The notes under the pieces are model-generated. The model was not told the origin of the DNA, did no database searches, and saw only the letters and a program-made list of their open reading frames with translations. Shown one piece after another: positions 28,227 to 40,686 of a DNA stretch of 64,000 nucleotides. Where the stretch lies: the NCBI GenBank assembly GCA_028826165.1, contig JAPDFW010000013.1, forward strand, positions 1 to 64,000. Reading direction: 5' to 3'. The position numbers and the translations under genes are program-made. The stretch comes from Anaeramoeba ignava BMAN. Its lineage: Eukaryota > Protista > Anaeramoebae. Every line of letters starts with the position of its first letter. Position 1 is the first letter of the stretch.

Positions 28227-30068
28227 ATGTGGCAAGATATAAAAGCTATTCCAACAGATCTTGAAAAATTATTTTTTGCAAGTAAAGCAAGAATAATCAT
28301 ACCAGAAAAAATAACTGAAAATCCACTTGATGATCTTCAAAAACCACCAAAACAAAGAATATTTTTCGGACAACTTGTACATTTTTACATACATTTAAAA
28401 TGTCCCCAGAACATGGCATCAAGAGAAAAAGAGAAATGGGACCAATTACTGAATATGATCACTATTAAATCCCATATCAAAGCATCTTATAGAACATCCT
28501 CGGAAAAAATAGAATCACCAAGATCACCAAGACTTAAGACTCAAAAATCATTAACGGCCAAAAAAAAATCCAATTCGAAACTAATAAAAGATTCGGAAAA
28601 GAATAAAACCGCAATGAAAATGTTCACAAAATCGCAAGACTTGTCAGGAGACATGGGCAATATAACAAAACATCGAAGACATCTCTCGGATTACCGAACA
28701 AATTCATTTGATATTCTCAGTCCAAGCAAGTCTGAGAGGAATTTAGCCAAGCAAATAAAAACAAAATCAACTCGAGAGAAAAAATCTGCGCGCGAAGAAA
28801 ACCCAGCTCATTTGCTTGGTTTTAATAGCGAAACGCAGATTGAAAAACAAAACGAAACACACACAGAATTCCAGCTTTCAAATGGAGACTTTTTGATTGC
28901 ACGCTCGATTCGGGTTGTGCAAAATCTCTACGAATCTGAGCAACAGAATATCACAATAACAGCCAAAATTTATTTTTTAGAAAACAAACAAACAGAACTG
29001 TTTGGAAAATTAAGTGCCAAAGAACTGGAAAAAATGATCGGAATTTCTGAAAAAAAAGCATTTGGTCCATATGGTCCTAATCCCGAATTTGTGATCAGAA
29101 AAATCAACAAGCATCTTAGCGTTGATTTTCCGTTTAATTTAACCTCGTCGTTTTGTTCTTTTGGAAATTCAACAATGATCATGATTGTGATCGAGAATGT
29201 CCATAAAAACTCGGCGTTGGTTCTTCACAACCCAAAATTCCATTTGAATCCGAGTTTCCAATCGCGGTCTCCATTGGAAGACATGGAAGGAAACGAGGAA
29301 AACAAGAACAAACCAATTCCACAAAAAAGAATCAATTCTTTTCTTTTTGGAGAAGCGATGCAAATCCAGGAGCTTGTGGAACTTTTTTGTGTGAATGAAA
29401 TCCCGTCGAAAGACAAATCAATCAATATCAAATTTCTCAAACCCAACGAGAAAATGAGTCTTCTTTATCGCATCTCTCCAGTCTCATCCACACTTGTTGA
29501 TGATAGATATTTATATTTTCACGGAAAATTCACTTCTTTATTTACTGTTTCTTGGCAAATTACTCGCCAAAAAACCGCAATGAATATCGACCAATTCATG
29601 CAATTCCCTCAGAATATCTCAAAACACCAGATCCAATGGAAGAAGGAGCTTGTTTCCGATGTCCAGATCAAAATCAAAAATCCTCCTCTTGCAAATGCTT
29701 ATTCGCTTTTTGAGGTTCAAGTCGAAATTGTTAATAATGGCAAAAATTTTCGTGAATTTCAACTTAAAATTCCTTATTCAAAATTCTCATCAAATTTCGA
29801 ACAAAAAAATTTTCAACTGGCAAAAAAAAGTTCTTCTCAAAATGACAAAAAAATTTTTGATCAATTTCAGAACAATCTGAACCAACTTGAAATTGTTTGT
29901 CAAGAAAACTCCATTCATTTGATTATTCAAGCCAAAAGTTCTGTTTTTGTTAATCTTCATTTTATTGCTTTTAAAGTTGGGATTTGTGATATTTTTTTGG
30001 AATTGGTTGATTTGGGTTTATTACAACGATTAGTTGCTCAACAATCTTTTAAAATACAAATTTGTTGA
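28227..30068 (+). CDS. TRAPP II subunit-like protein (TRAPPC14/C7orf43-like)
   Basis: RIFFGQLVHFYIHL, LKPNEKMSLLYRI and a C-terminal Ig-like segment FEVQVEIVN..IVCQE..VNLHFIAFKVG resemble TRAPPC14/Trs65-type proteins. Recognised by eye. Confidence 0.6.
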   Translation: MWQDIKAIPTDLEKLFFASKARIIIPEKITENPLDDLQKPPKQRIFFGQLVHFYIHLKCPQNMASREKEKWDQLLNMITIKSHIKASYRTSSEKIESPRSPRLKTQKSLTAKKKSNSKLIKDSEKNKTAMKMFTKSQDLSGDMGNITKHRRHLSDYRTNSFDILSPSKSERNLAKQIKTKSTREKKSAREENPAHLLGFNSETQIEKQNETHTEFQLSNGDFLIARSIRVVQNLYESEQQNITITAKIYFLENKQTELFGKLSAKELEKMIGISEKKAFGPYGPNPEFVIRKINKHLSVDFPFNLTSSFCSFGNSTMIMIVIENVHKNSALVLHNPKFHLNPSFQSRSPLEDMEGNEENKNKPIPQKRINSFLFGEAMQIQELVELFCVNEIPSKDKSINIKFLKPNEKMSLLYRISPVSSTLVDDRYLYFHGKFTSLFTVSWQITRQKTAMNIDQFMQFPQNISKHQIQWKKELVSDVQIKIKNPPLANAYSLFEVQVEIVNNGKNFREFQLKIPYSKFSSNFEQKNFQLAKKSSSQNDKKIFDQFQNNLNQLEIVCQENSIHLIIQAKSSVFVNLHFIAFKVGICDIFLELVDLGLLQRLVAQQSFKIQIC

Positions 30069-30254
30069 TTTTTTTTCTTTTTTTTTTGAATAATTTAATT
30101 TTACAAATAAATTTTAAAATAAACTAAAAAGTGGAATGGAAAAAAAAATATTTATTTAAAAAATTAAACATTTTTCTTTTTTCTTTTGATTTTGATTATT
30201 AAATTTTTTAATTAATAAATCAAATAAATTTGGATTTCATCAATTATTTCTTTT

Positions 30255-32052
30255 TTAAAAAATTAAACATTTTTCTTTTTTCTTTTGATTTTGATTATTA
30301 AATTTTCCAGTTAATAAATCAAATAAATTTGGATTTGTTTGATTTAATTGAAAATAATCAATTCCTGTTTTAATTTCATCAATAATTTGTTGTGTAATTT
30401 GGATTTCTTCTTTAATTTGATTTGAATAAATCCAATATTCAAATATTTGAAATGATTTATTACTTAATTCACTATAATCTGTAACTTTATTAGAAGTATC
30501 ATCTTTTACAGATAAAAACATTCCTCGATATAATTCACTTCTCATTATTAATATTAATTTTGGAAATTTATATTGTTTTTCTTTTCTTTCAATTATAAAA
30601 TCATTTCTCATTTTCATTTTCATTTTCATTTAAATAAATTCTTTTCATTGTTTCTTCAATTTTTTCATTTGAATTTATAATTTCTTTAATTTCAGAATAT
30701 AATTTTGGATTTATAATTCTGTTTGAATAAATCATTTCAAATATTTGATTTGATTCTTTAATTGATTTATTTGAAATAATTTCTTGAAGTTTTTCAATTT
30801 CATTTTGATTTTGATTTAATCTATATTTCAATATTAATTTATGAGCTTCGATTATTTCTCCATTTTCGGTTTTAAATGAAATATTACAAAATTCTTTTCT
30901 TTCAAATAGTTTTATCAAATCTTCTTCAAGATTGGAAAAAGAAGGAGAATAATAAAGAAATGAATTACAATCTCCACAAGAAATATGATAATTAGAAATA
31001 TTTTCATTAAATCTTAATTTAGGAAGTTCAATTTGAAATGGAATAAATTGATTATTTATATCTCCAATTCCTAATTCACCATATAAATTATCTCCAAATC
31101 CAATTAATTTTGAATTGGAAGTTAAAATCAAACTATGAGAATCTCCACAAGAAAAATCAATAATATCATTATCATTTTCAAATAAAGATGATTTGATTTC
31201 AGTAAATTCATAAATATTTTCATATTCGTCTTTGCCAAGTCCATTATATTGATAATCACCACATGAATAAAGTTTTCTTTTTGGATTTTGATTTTCATTT
31301 TCAATCAACATTATTGAATGAAAATTTCCACATTGAATATCAATTATTTTACCTTTTGGAATATTTTGGATTTTGGTTAAGTTTTGGATTTTTCTTTCTT
31401 TTCTTGATTCTCCTAATCCAAGTTGAGCAGAATAATTATATCCACATCCAAATAATTCTTGATTTGAATTTAAAAGAAAAGCATAAAATGAGGTGTTTCC
31501 TGAAAATATTTTAGAAACATTTTTCATCATTAAAATTGGTTTTTTTGTTTTTTCAAATGTTTTAGAATCAAATCCAAGTTGATCATATCGATTTGAACCA
31601 ATTCCATAAGCATTTTGATTTGAAGTTAATAAGTAAATTGAACAAGCACCAGAAACAACATCTTGAATTATTTTATCATTTGTATCTTCAATTAATGATG
31701 AAATATTGATAAATTCTTTTGTATTTTTTGAATTAATATTTTCTCCTTTGGCAAATACATTTCCTTCTATTGTTAAAATAGCTTCATTTTGATAACCAAT
31801 AGTTACTTTTTGGATATTTTCAATTTGGATTTTTTTAGGTTTTTGACTTGAATATTCTATTGCTTTTCCATTTTTAAAAAGGAAAATTGTTGAATATCTT
31901 CCTGATGAAATTTGTTTAATTTGTTTTTCATTTTCATTTTCATTTTCATTTTCATTTTCAAATTTAAGTTGAATTGGTTTTGTTATTTTATTTGGTTCAT
32001 TTTTGATAAGTTTTGGATATTGGTTTTCACCAAAAAATAAACAATCATTCAT
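30255..32052 (-). CDS. RCC1-repeat plus BTB protein, array copy 1 (frameshift ~30610); ends KKKEKCLIF (CaaX)
   Basis: RCC1 blades (GxNxxxQLG, IQCGxxHS, FSCGxxHSLIL) then two BTB segments (IEAHKLIL; FPKLILIMRSELYRGMF). Confidence 0.85.
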
Positions 32053-32426
32053 TTTTGAAAAGAAAAAAAATGAAAAAAATATTTTTGGAACTTTATTTTT
32101 GATTTTAATTTTAATTTTGATTTTGATTTTAATTTTAATTTTAATTTTTGATTTTAATTTTAATTTTAATTTGTATTTTAATTTTAGTTTTAATTTTAAA
32201 TTTTAATTTTAATTTTAATTTTAATTTTGATTTTTAATTTTAATTTTAATTTTAATTTTAATTTTAATTTTAATTTTAATTTTAATTTTAATTTTAATTT
32301 TAATTTTAATTTTAATTTTAATTTTGATTATTAAATTTGTTAATTAATAAATCCAATAAATTTGGATTTGTTTGATTTAATTGAAAATAATCAATTCCAA
32401 TTTTAATTTCATTAATTATTTCTTTT

Positions 32427-34207
32427 TTAAAAAATTAAGCATTTTTCTTTCTTTTTTTGATTATTAAATTTGTTAATTAATAAATCAAATAAATTTGGGT
32501 TTGTTTGATTTAATTGAAAATAATCAATTCCAGTTTGAATTTCATTAATTATTTCTTTTGTAATTTGAATTCCATCTTTAATTTGATTTGAATAAATCCA
32601 ATATTCAAATATTTCAAATGATTTATTACTTAATTCACTATAATCTGTAACTTTATTAGAAGTATCATTTGTTACAGATAAAAACATTCCTCGATATAAT
32701 TCACTTCTCATTATTAATATTAATTTTGGAAATTTATATTGTTTTTCTTTTCTTTCAATTATAAAATCTTTTTCATTTTCATTTTCATTTAAATAAATTC
32801 TTTTCATTGTTTCTTCAATTTTTCATTTGAATTTATAATTTCTTTAATTTCAGAATATAATTTTGGATTTATTATTCTGTTTGAATAAATCATTTCAAAT
32901 ATTTGATTTGATTCTTTAATTGATTTTTTTGAAATAATTTCTTGAAGTTTTTCAATTTCATTTTGATTTTGATTTAATCTATATTTCAATATTAATTTAT
33001 GAGCTTCAATTATTTCTCCATTTTTGGTTTTAAATGAAATATTGCAAAATTCTTTTCTTCTAAATAATTTTATCAAATCTTCTTCAAGATTGGAAAAAGA
33101 AGGAGAATAATAAAGAAATGAATTACCATCTCCACAAGAAACATGATAATTAGAAATATTTTCATTAAATCTTAATTTAGGAAGTTCAATTTGAATTGGA
33201 ATTGATTGTTCTATTATATCTCCAGTTCCTAATTCACCATTTATATTATATCCAAATCCAATTAATTTCTTGGAAGTTAAAATCAAAGTATGTTGATATC
33301 CAACAGAAAAATCAAGAATATTATCATCATTTTCAAATAAAGATGATTTGATTTGAGTAAATTCATAAGTATCTTCATCTTTGCCAAGTCCATTAAATTC
33401 ATAATTTCCACATGAATAAAGTTTTCTTTTTGGATTTTCATTTTCATCTTCAATCAACATTATTGAATTAGATCCGCATTGAATATCAATTATTTTACCT
33501 TTTGGAATATTTTGAATTTTGGTTAATTTTTGGATTTTTGTTTCTTCTTTTCTTGATTCTCCTCCTAATCCAAGTTGAGCAAATTCATTATTTCCGCATC
33601 CAAATAATTCTTGATTTGAATTTAAAAGAAAAACAGAACTAGAATAATTTCCTGAAAATACTTTAGAAACATTTTTCATCATTAAAATTGGTTTTTCTGT
33701 TTTTTTCATTGTTTCAGAATCAAATCCAAGTTGACCATTTTCATTTGAACCAATTCCGTAAACATTTTGATTTGAAGTTAATAAGTAAATTGAACAAGCA
33801 CCAGAAACAATATCTTGAATTATTCTATCATTTGTATCTTCAATTAATGATGAAATATTAATAAATTCTTTTGGATTAATATTAAATCCTTTGGCAAATA
33901 CATTTCCTTCTATTGTTAAAATAGCTACATTTTCAGAACCAACAGTTACTTTTTGAATATTTTCTTCAATTTGGATTTTTTGAGGTTTTTGATATGAATC
34001 ATTTTCATTTAAATATTCTATTGCTTTTCCATTTTTAAAAAGGAAAATTGTTGAAAGACTTGATGATGAAATTTGTTTAATTTGTTTTTCATTTTCATTT
34101 TCATTTTCATTTTCAAATTTAAATTGAATTGGTTTTGTTATTGAATCTGGTTCATTTTTGATAAGTATTGGAAATTGATTTGCACCAAAAAATAAACAAT
34201 CATTCAT
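32427..34207 (-). CDS. RCC1-BTB protein, copy 2 (frameshift ~32820); ends KKKEKCLIF
   Basis: Paralogue of copy 1; one A missing in a homopolymer relative to the intact copies. Confidence 0.85.
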
Positions 34208-34555
34208 TTTTAAAAAGAAAAAAAATGAAAAAATGATTTGGAACTTTTTTATTTTAATTTTAATTTTAATTTTAATTTTGATTTTAATTTTAATTTTGAA
34301 TTTTAATTTAAATTTTATTTTTAATTTTAATTTTAATTTTAATTTTAATTTTAATTTTAATTTTAATTTTAATTTTAAATTTTAATTTTAATTTTAATTT
34401 TAATTTTGATTTAATTTTGATTTTAATTTTAATTTTAATTTTTAATTTTAATTTTAATTTTAATTTTAAATTTAATTTTAATTTTAATTTTAATTTTAAT
34501 TTTAATTTTAATTTTAATTTGTATTTTAATTTTAATTTTAATTTTAATTTTAATT

Positions 34556-36373
34556 TTAATTTTGATTATTAAATTTGTTAATTAATAAATCAAATAAATT
34601 TGGTTTTGTTTGATTTAATTGAAAATAATCAATTCCAATTTTAATTTCATTAATAATTTCTTGTGTAATTTGAATTTCATCTTTGATTTGATTTGAATAA
34701 ATCCAATATTCAAATATTTGAAATGCTTTATTACTTAATTCACTATAATCTGTAACTTTATTAGAAGTATCATTTGTTACGGATAAAAACATTCCTCGAT
34801 ATAATTCACTTCTCATTATTAATATTAATTTTGGGAATTTATATTGTTTTTCTTTTCTTTCAATTATAAAATCTTTCTCATTTTCATTTTCATTTTCATT
34901 TAAATAAATTCTTTTCATTGTTTCTTCTATTTTTTCATTTGAATTTATAATTTCTTTAATTTCAGAATATAATTTTGGATTTATAATTCTGTTTGAATAA
35001 ATCATTTCAAATATTTGATTTGATTCTTTAATTGATTTATTTGAAATAATTTCTTGAAGTTTTTCAATTTCATTTTGATTTTGATTTAATCTATATTTCA
35101 ATATTAATTTATGAGCTTCAATTATTTCTCCATTTTCTGTTTTAAATGAAATATTACAAAATTCTTTTCTTCTAAATAATTTTATCAAATCTTCTTCAAG
35201 ATTAGAAAAAGAGGAAAGAAAAGGAGAATAATAAAGAAATGATTTTGAAAATCCACAAGAAAGATGATAATTAGAAATATTTTCATTAAATCTTAATTTA
35301 GGAAGTTTGATTTGAATTGGAATTGATTGATAATTGAAATCTCCAATTCCTAATTGACCAGAATGATTACTTCCAAATACAATCAATTTTCTTTTGGAAG
35401 TTAAAATCAAAGTATGATCATATCCAACAGAAAAATCAAGAATAATATCATCATCATTTTCAAATAAAGATAATTCTATTTCAGTAAATTCATAAGTATT
35501 TTGAAACATTTTGTCAAATCCATTAAATTTATGATCTCCACATGAATAAAGTTTTCTTTTTGGATTTGGATTTTCATTTTCATTTTCAATCAGCATTATT
35601 GAATGAGAAAACCCACATTGAATATCAATTATTTTGCCTTTTGGAATATTTTGGATTTTGGTTAATTTTTGGATTTTTGTTTCTTCTTTTCTTGATTCTC
35701 CTAATCCAAGTTGGCCATATGCATTATTTCCACATCCAAATAATTCTTGATTTGAATTTAAAAGAAAAACATGATTTGAAGTATTTCCTGAAAATATTTT
35801 AGAAACATTTTTCATCATTAAAATTGGTTTTTCTGTTTTTTCAAGTGCTTCATAATCAAAACCAAGTTGATCATATCGATTTGAACCAATTCCATAAGCA
35901 TTTTGATTTGAAGTTAATAAGTAAATTGAATAAGCACCAGAAACAATATCTTGAATTATTCTATCATTTTTATCTTGAATTATTCTATCATTTTTATCTT
36001 CAATTAATGATGAAATATTGATAAATTCTTTTGGATTATTTGAATTGATATCTTCTCCTTTTGCAAATACATTTCCTTCTATTGTTAAAATAGCTTCATT
36101 TTCAGAACCAACAGTTACTTTTTGAATATTTTCAATTTGGATTTTTTCAGGATTTTGATTTGAATCATTTTCATTTAAATATTCTATTGCTTTTCCATTT
36201 TTAAAAAGGAAAATTGTTGAAAGACTTGATGTTGAAATTTGCTTAATTTGTTTTTCATTTTCATTTTCATTTTCATTTTCAAATTTAAATTGAATTGGTT
36301 TTGTTATTTCATTTGATTCATTTTTGAAAAGTTTTGGATATTGATTTTCACCAAAAAATAAACAATCATTCAT
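34556..36373 (-). CDS. RCC1-BTB protein, copy 3 (intact); ends FNNQN, no CaaX
   Basis: 605-aa ORF; includes an 8-aa internal duplication DKNDRIIQ. Confidence 0.9.
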   Translation of the reverse strand: MNDCLFFGENQYPKLFKNESNEITKPIQFKFENENENENEKQIKQISTSSLSTIFLFKNGKAIEYLNENDSNQNPEKIQIENIQKVTVGSENEAILTIEGNVFAKGEDINSNNPKEFINISSLIEDKNDRIIQDKNDRIIQDIVSGAYSIYLLTSNQNAYGIGSNRYDQLGFDYEALEKTEKPILMMKNVSKIFSGNTSNHVFLLNSNQELFGCGNNAYGQLGLGESRKEETKIQKLTKIQNIPKGKIIDIQCGFSHSIMLIENENENPNPKRKLYSCGDHKFNGFDKMFQNTYEFTEIELSLFENDDDIILDFSVGYDHTLILTSKRKLIVFGSNHSGQLGIGDFNYQSIPIQIKLPKLRFNENISNYHLSCGFSKSFLYYSPFLSSFSNLEEDLIKLFRRKEFCNISFKTENGEIIEAHKLILKYRLNQNQNEIEKLQEIISNKSIKESNQIFEMIYSNRIINPKLYSEIKEIINSNEKIEETMKRIYLNENENENEKDFIIERKEKQYKFPKLILIMRSELYRGMFLSVTNDTSNKVTDYSELSNKAFQIFEYWIYSNQIKDEIQITQEIINEIKIGIDYFQLNQTKPNLFDLLINKFNNQN

Positions 36374-36605
36374 TTTTGAAAAAGAAAAAAAATGAAAAAA
36401 ATATTTTTTTTGGAATTTTTATTTTAATTTTAATTTTAATTTTAATTTTAATTTTAATTTTTAATTTTAATTTTAATTTTAATTTTAATTTTAATTTTTA
36501 ATTTTAATTTTAATTTTAATTTTAATTTTAATTTTAATTTTAATTTTAATTTTAATTTTAATTTTAATTTTGATTTTAATTTTAATTTTAATTTTAATTT
36601 TAATT

Positions 36606-38379
36606 TTAATTTTGATTATTAAATTTGTTAGTTAATAAATCAAATAAATTTGGATTTGTTTGATTTAATTGAAAATAATCAATTCCAATTTGAATTTCAT
36701 CAATTATTTCTTGTGTAATTTGAATTTCATCTTTAATTTGATTTGAATAAATCCAATATTCAAATATTTGAAATGATTTATTACTTAATTCACTATAATC
36801 TGTAACTTTATTAGATTTATCTTCTGTTACAGATAAAAACATTCCTCGATATAATTCACTTCTCATTATTAATATTAATTTTGGAAATTTATATTGTTTT
36901 TCTTTTCTTTCAATAATAAAATCTTTTTCATTTTCATTTTCATTTTCATTTAAATAAATTCTTTTCATTGTTTCTTCAATTTTTTCATTTGAATTTATAA
37001 TTTCTTTAATTTCAGAATATAATTTTGGATTTATTTTGGAATTGTTTGAATAAATCATTTCAAATATTTGATTTGATTCTTTAATTGATTTTTGAAATAA
37101 TTTCTTGAAGTTTTTCAATTTGATTTTCATAATCTTTTAATCTATATTTCAATATTAATTTATGAGCTTCAATTATTTCTCCATTTTCGGTTTTAAATGA
37201 AATATCACAAAATTCTTTTCTTCTAAATAATTTTATCAAATCTTCTTCAAGATTGGAAAAAGAAGGAGAATAATAAAGAAATGAATTATAAACTCCACAA
37301 TGAACATGATAATTAGAAATATTTTCATTAAATCTTAATTTAGGAAGTTCAATTTGAGTTGGAATCGGTTTATATTCTGTATCTCCAGTTCCTAATTCAC
37401 CATTTATATTTCTTCCAAATCCAATCAATTTCCCTTTTTCGGTTAAGATTAAAGTATTTTCATATCCAACAGAAAAATCAAGAATATTATCATCATTTTC
37501 AAATAAAGATGATTTGATTTCAAAAAAAGATGTGAGATATTCAGTTTGGCTATTTCCATTGAATTGAGGTTCACCACACGAATAAAGTTTTCTTTTTGGA
37601 TTTTGATTTTGATTTTCATCTTCAATTTCAATCAACATAACTGAATGCCAATTTCCTGTTTGAATATCAATTATTTTACCTTTTGGAATATTTTGGATTT
37701 TGGTTAATTCTTTCATATTTTCTTCTTCTGTTTCTTTTATTTCTAATCCAACTTGACCATAGCAATTATATCCACATCCAAATAATTCTTGATTTGAATT
37801 TAAAAGAAAAACAGAATAAGAAGGAATTCCTGAAAATATTTTAGAAACATTTTTCATCATTAAAATTGGTTTTTCTGTTTTTTTAAATGTTTCAGAATCA
37901 AAACCAAGTTGAGCAAAAAAATTTGAACCAATTCCATAAGCATTTTGATTTGAAGTTAATAAGTAAATTGAATTATATCCAGAAACAACATCTTGAATTA
38001 TTCTATCATTTGTATCTTCAATTAATGATGAAATATTGATAAATTCTTTTGGATTTTTTGGATTAATATCTTTTCCTTTGGCAAATACATTTCCTTCTAT
38101 TGTTAAAATAGCTTCATTTTGAACACCAACAGTTACTTTTTGAATATTTTCAATTTGGATTTTTTGAAGATTTTGTTTTGAATCATTTTGATTTAAATAT
38201 TCTATTGCTTTTCCATTTTTAAAAAGGAAAATTGTTGAAAAATAACCTGATGCAATTTGTTTAATTTGTTTTTCATTTTCATTTTCAAATTTAAATTGAA
38301 TTGGTTTTGTTATTTTATTTGGTTTATTTTTGATAAGTATTGGATATTGATTTAAACCAAAAAATAAGCAATCATTCAT
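36606..38379 (-). CDS. RCC1-BTB protein, copy 4 (frameshift ~37090); no CaaX
   Basis: ORFs 37081-38379 and 36606-37130; A-run shorter than in the paralogues. Confidence 0.85.
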
Positions 38380-38639
38380 TTTTGAAAAGAAAAAAATGAA
38401 AAAATAATTTTGAATTTTAATTTTAATTTTAATTTTAATTTTAATTTTAATTTTAATTTTAATTTTAATTTTAATTTTGATTTTAATTTTAATTTTAATT
38501 TTAATTTTAATTTTAATTTTAATTTTGATTTTAATTTTGATTATTAAATTTGTTAATTAATAAATCCAATAAATTTGGATTTGTTTGATTTAATTGAAAA
38601 TAATCAATTCCTCTTTTAATTTCATTAATAATTTCTTTT

Positions 38640-40432
38640 TTAAAAAATTAAGCATTTTTCTTTCTTTTGATTTTGATTATTAAATTTGTTAATTAATAAA
38701 TCAAATAAATTTGGATTTGTTTGATTTAATTGAAAATAATCAATTCCAATTTGAATTTCATCAATTATTTCTTGTGTAATTTGAATTTCTTCTTTAATTT
38801 GATTTGAATAAATCCAATATTCAAATATTTCAAATGATTTATTACTTAATTCACTATAATCTGTAACTTTATTAGAAGTATCATCTTTTACAGATAAAAA
38901 CATTCCTCGATATAATTCACTTCTCATTATTAATATTAATTTTGGAAATTTATATTGTTTTTCTTTTCTTTCAATTATAAAATCTTTTTCATTTTCATTT
39001 TCATTTTCATTTAAATAAATTCTTTTCATTGTTTCTTCAATTTTTCATTTAAATTTATAATTTCTTTAATTTCAGAATATAATTTTGGATTTATTATTCT
39101 GTTTGAATAAATCATTTCAAATATTTGATTTGATTTTTTAATTGATTTTTTTGAAATAATTTCTTGAAGTTTTTCAATTTGATTTTGATTTTGATTTAAT
39201 CTATATTTCAATATTAATTTATGAGCTTCAATTATTTCTCCATTTTTGGTTTTAAATGAAATATCACAAAATTCTTTTCTTTCAAATAATTTTATCAAAT
39301 CTTCTTCAAGATTGGAAAAAGGAGAAGAATAATAAAGAAATGAATTACCATATCCACAAGAAACATGATAATTAGAAATATTTTCATTAAATCTTAATTT
39401 AGGAAGTTCAATTTGGATTGGAATTGATTGTTTTATGAAATCTCCAGTTCCTAATTCACCAAAAAAATTATCTCCAAATCCAATTAATTTCCCTTTTGAT
39501 GTTAAAATCAAAGTATGTTGATATCCAACAGAAAAATCAAGAATATTATCATCATTTTCAAATAAAGATGATTTGATTTCAGTAAATTCATAAATATCTT
39601 CATATATTTTGCCAAGTCCATTAGATCGATAATCTCCACATGAATAAAGTTTTCTTTTTGGATTTTCATTTTCATCTTCAATCAACATTACTGAATTAGA
39701 TCCGCATTGAATATCAATTATTTTGCCTTTTGGAATATTTTGAATTTTGGTTAATTTTTGGATTTTTGTTTCTTCTTTTCTTGATTCTCCTAATCCAAGT
39801 TGAGCAAATTCATTATATCCGCATCCAAATAATTCTTGATTTGAATTTAAAAGAAAAACATGATTTGAATAATTTCCTGAAAATATTTTAGAAACATTTT
39901 TCATCATTAAAATTGGTTTTTCTGTTTTTTTAAGTGTTTCAGAATCAAAAGCAAGTTGACCGTTATGATTTGAACCAATTCCATAAGTATTTTGATTTGA
40001 AGTTAATAAGTAAATTGAACAAACACCAGAAACAATATCTTGAATTATTCTATCATTTGTATCTTCAATTAATGATGAAATATTAATAAATTCTTTTGGA
40101 TTTTTTGGATTAATATCAATTCCTTTGGCAAATACATTTCCTTCTTTTGTTAAAATAGCTACATTGTGAGAGCTAACAGTTACTTTTTGAATATTTTCAA
40201 TTTGGATTTTTTGAGGTTTTTGATATGAATCATTTTCTTCTAAATATTGGATTGCTTTTCCATTTTTAAAAAGGAAAATTGTTGAGAAATAACCTGATGA
40301 AATTTGTTTAATTTGTTTTTCATTTTCATTTTCATTTTCAAATTTAAATTGAATTGGTTTTGTTATTGAATCTATTTCATTTTTGATAAGTATTGGAAAT
40401 TGATTTGAACCAAAAAATAAGCAATCATTCAT
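38640..40432 (-). CDS. RCC1-BTB protein, copy 5 (frameshift ~39043); ends QKKEKCLIF
   Basis: ORFs 39026-40432 and 38640-39029; closest to copy 2. Confidence 0.85.
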
Positions 40433-40686
40433 TTTTGAAAAGAAAAAAATGAAAAAATGATTTTGCTTTTTATTTTAATTTTAATTTTAATTTTAATTTT
40501 AATTTTAATTTTAATTTTGATTTTAATTTTAATTTTAATTTTAATTTTAATTTTAATTTTAATTTTAATTTTAATTTTAATTTTAATTTTAATTTTAATT
40601 TTAATTTTAATTTTAATTTTAATTTTAATTTTGATTTTAATTTTAATTTTAATTTTTAATTTTTGATTTTGATTTTAATTTTAATT

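Noticed and set aside
30250-38645. Stop-codon readthrough from the CaaX tail into the spare tail
   Set aside because: In all three copies the spare tail is offset by one base from the reading frame, so simple readthrough would not translate it.
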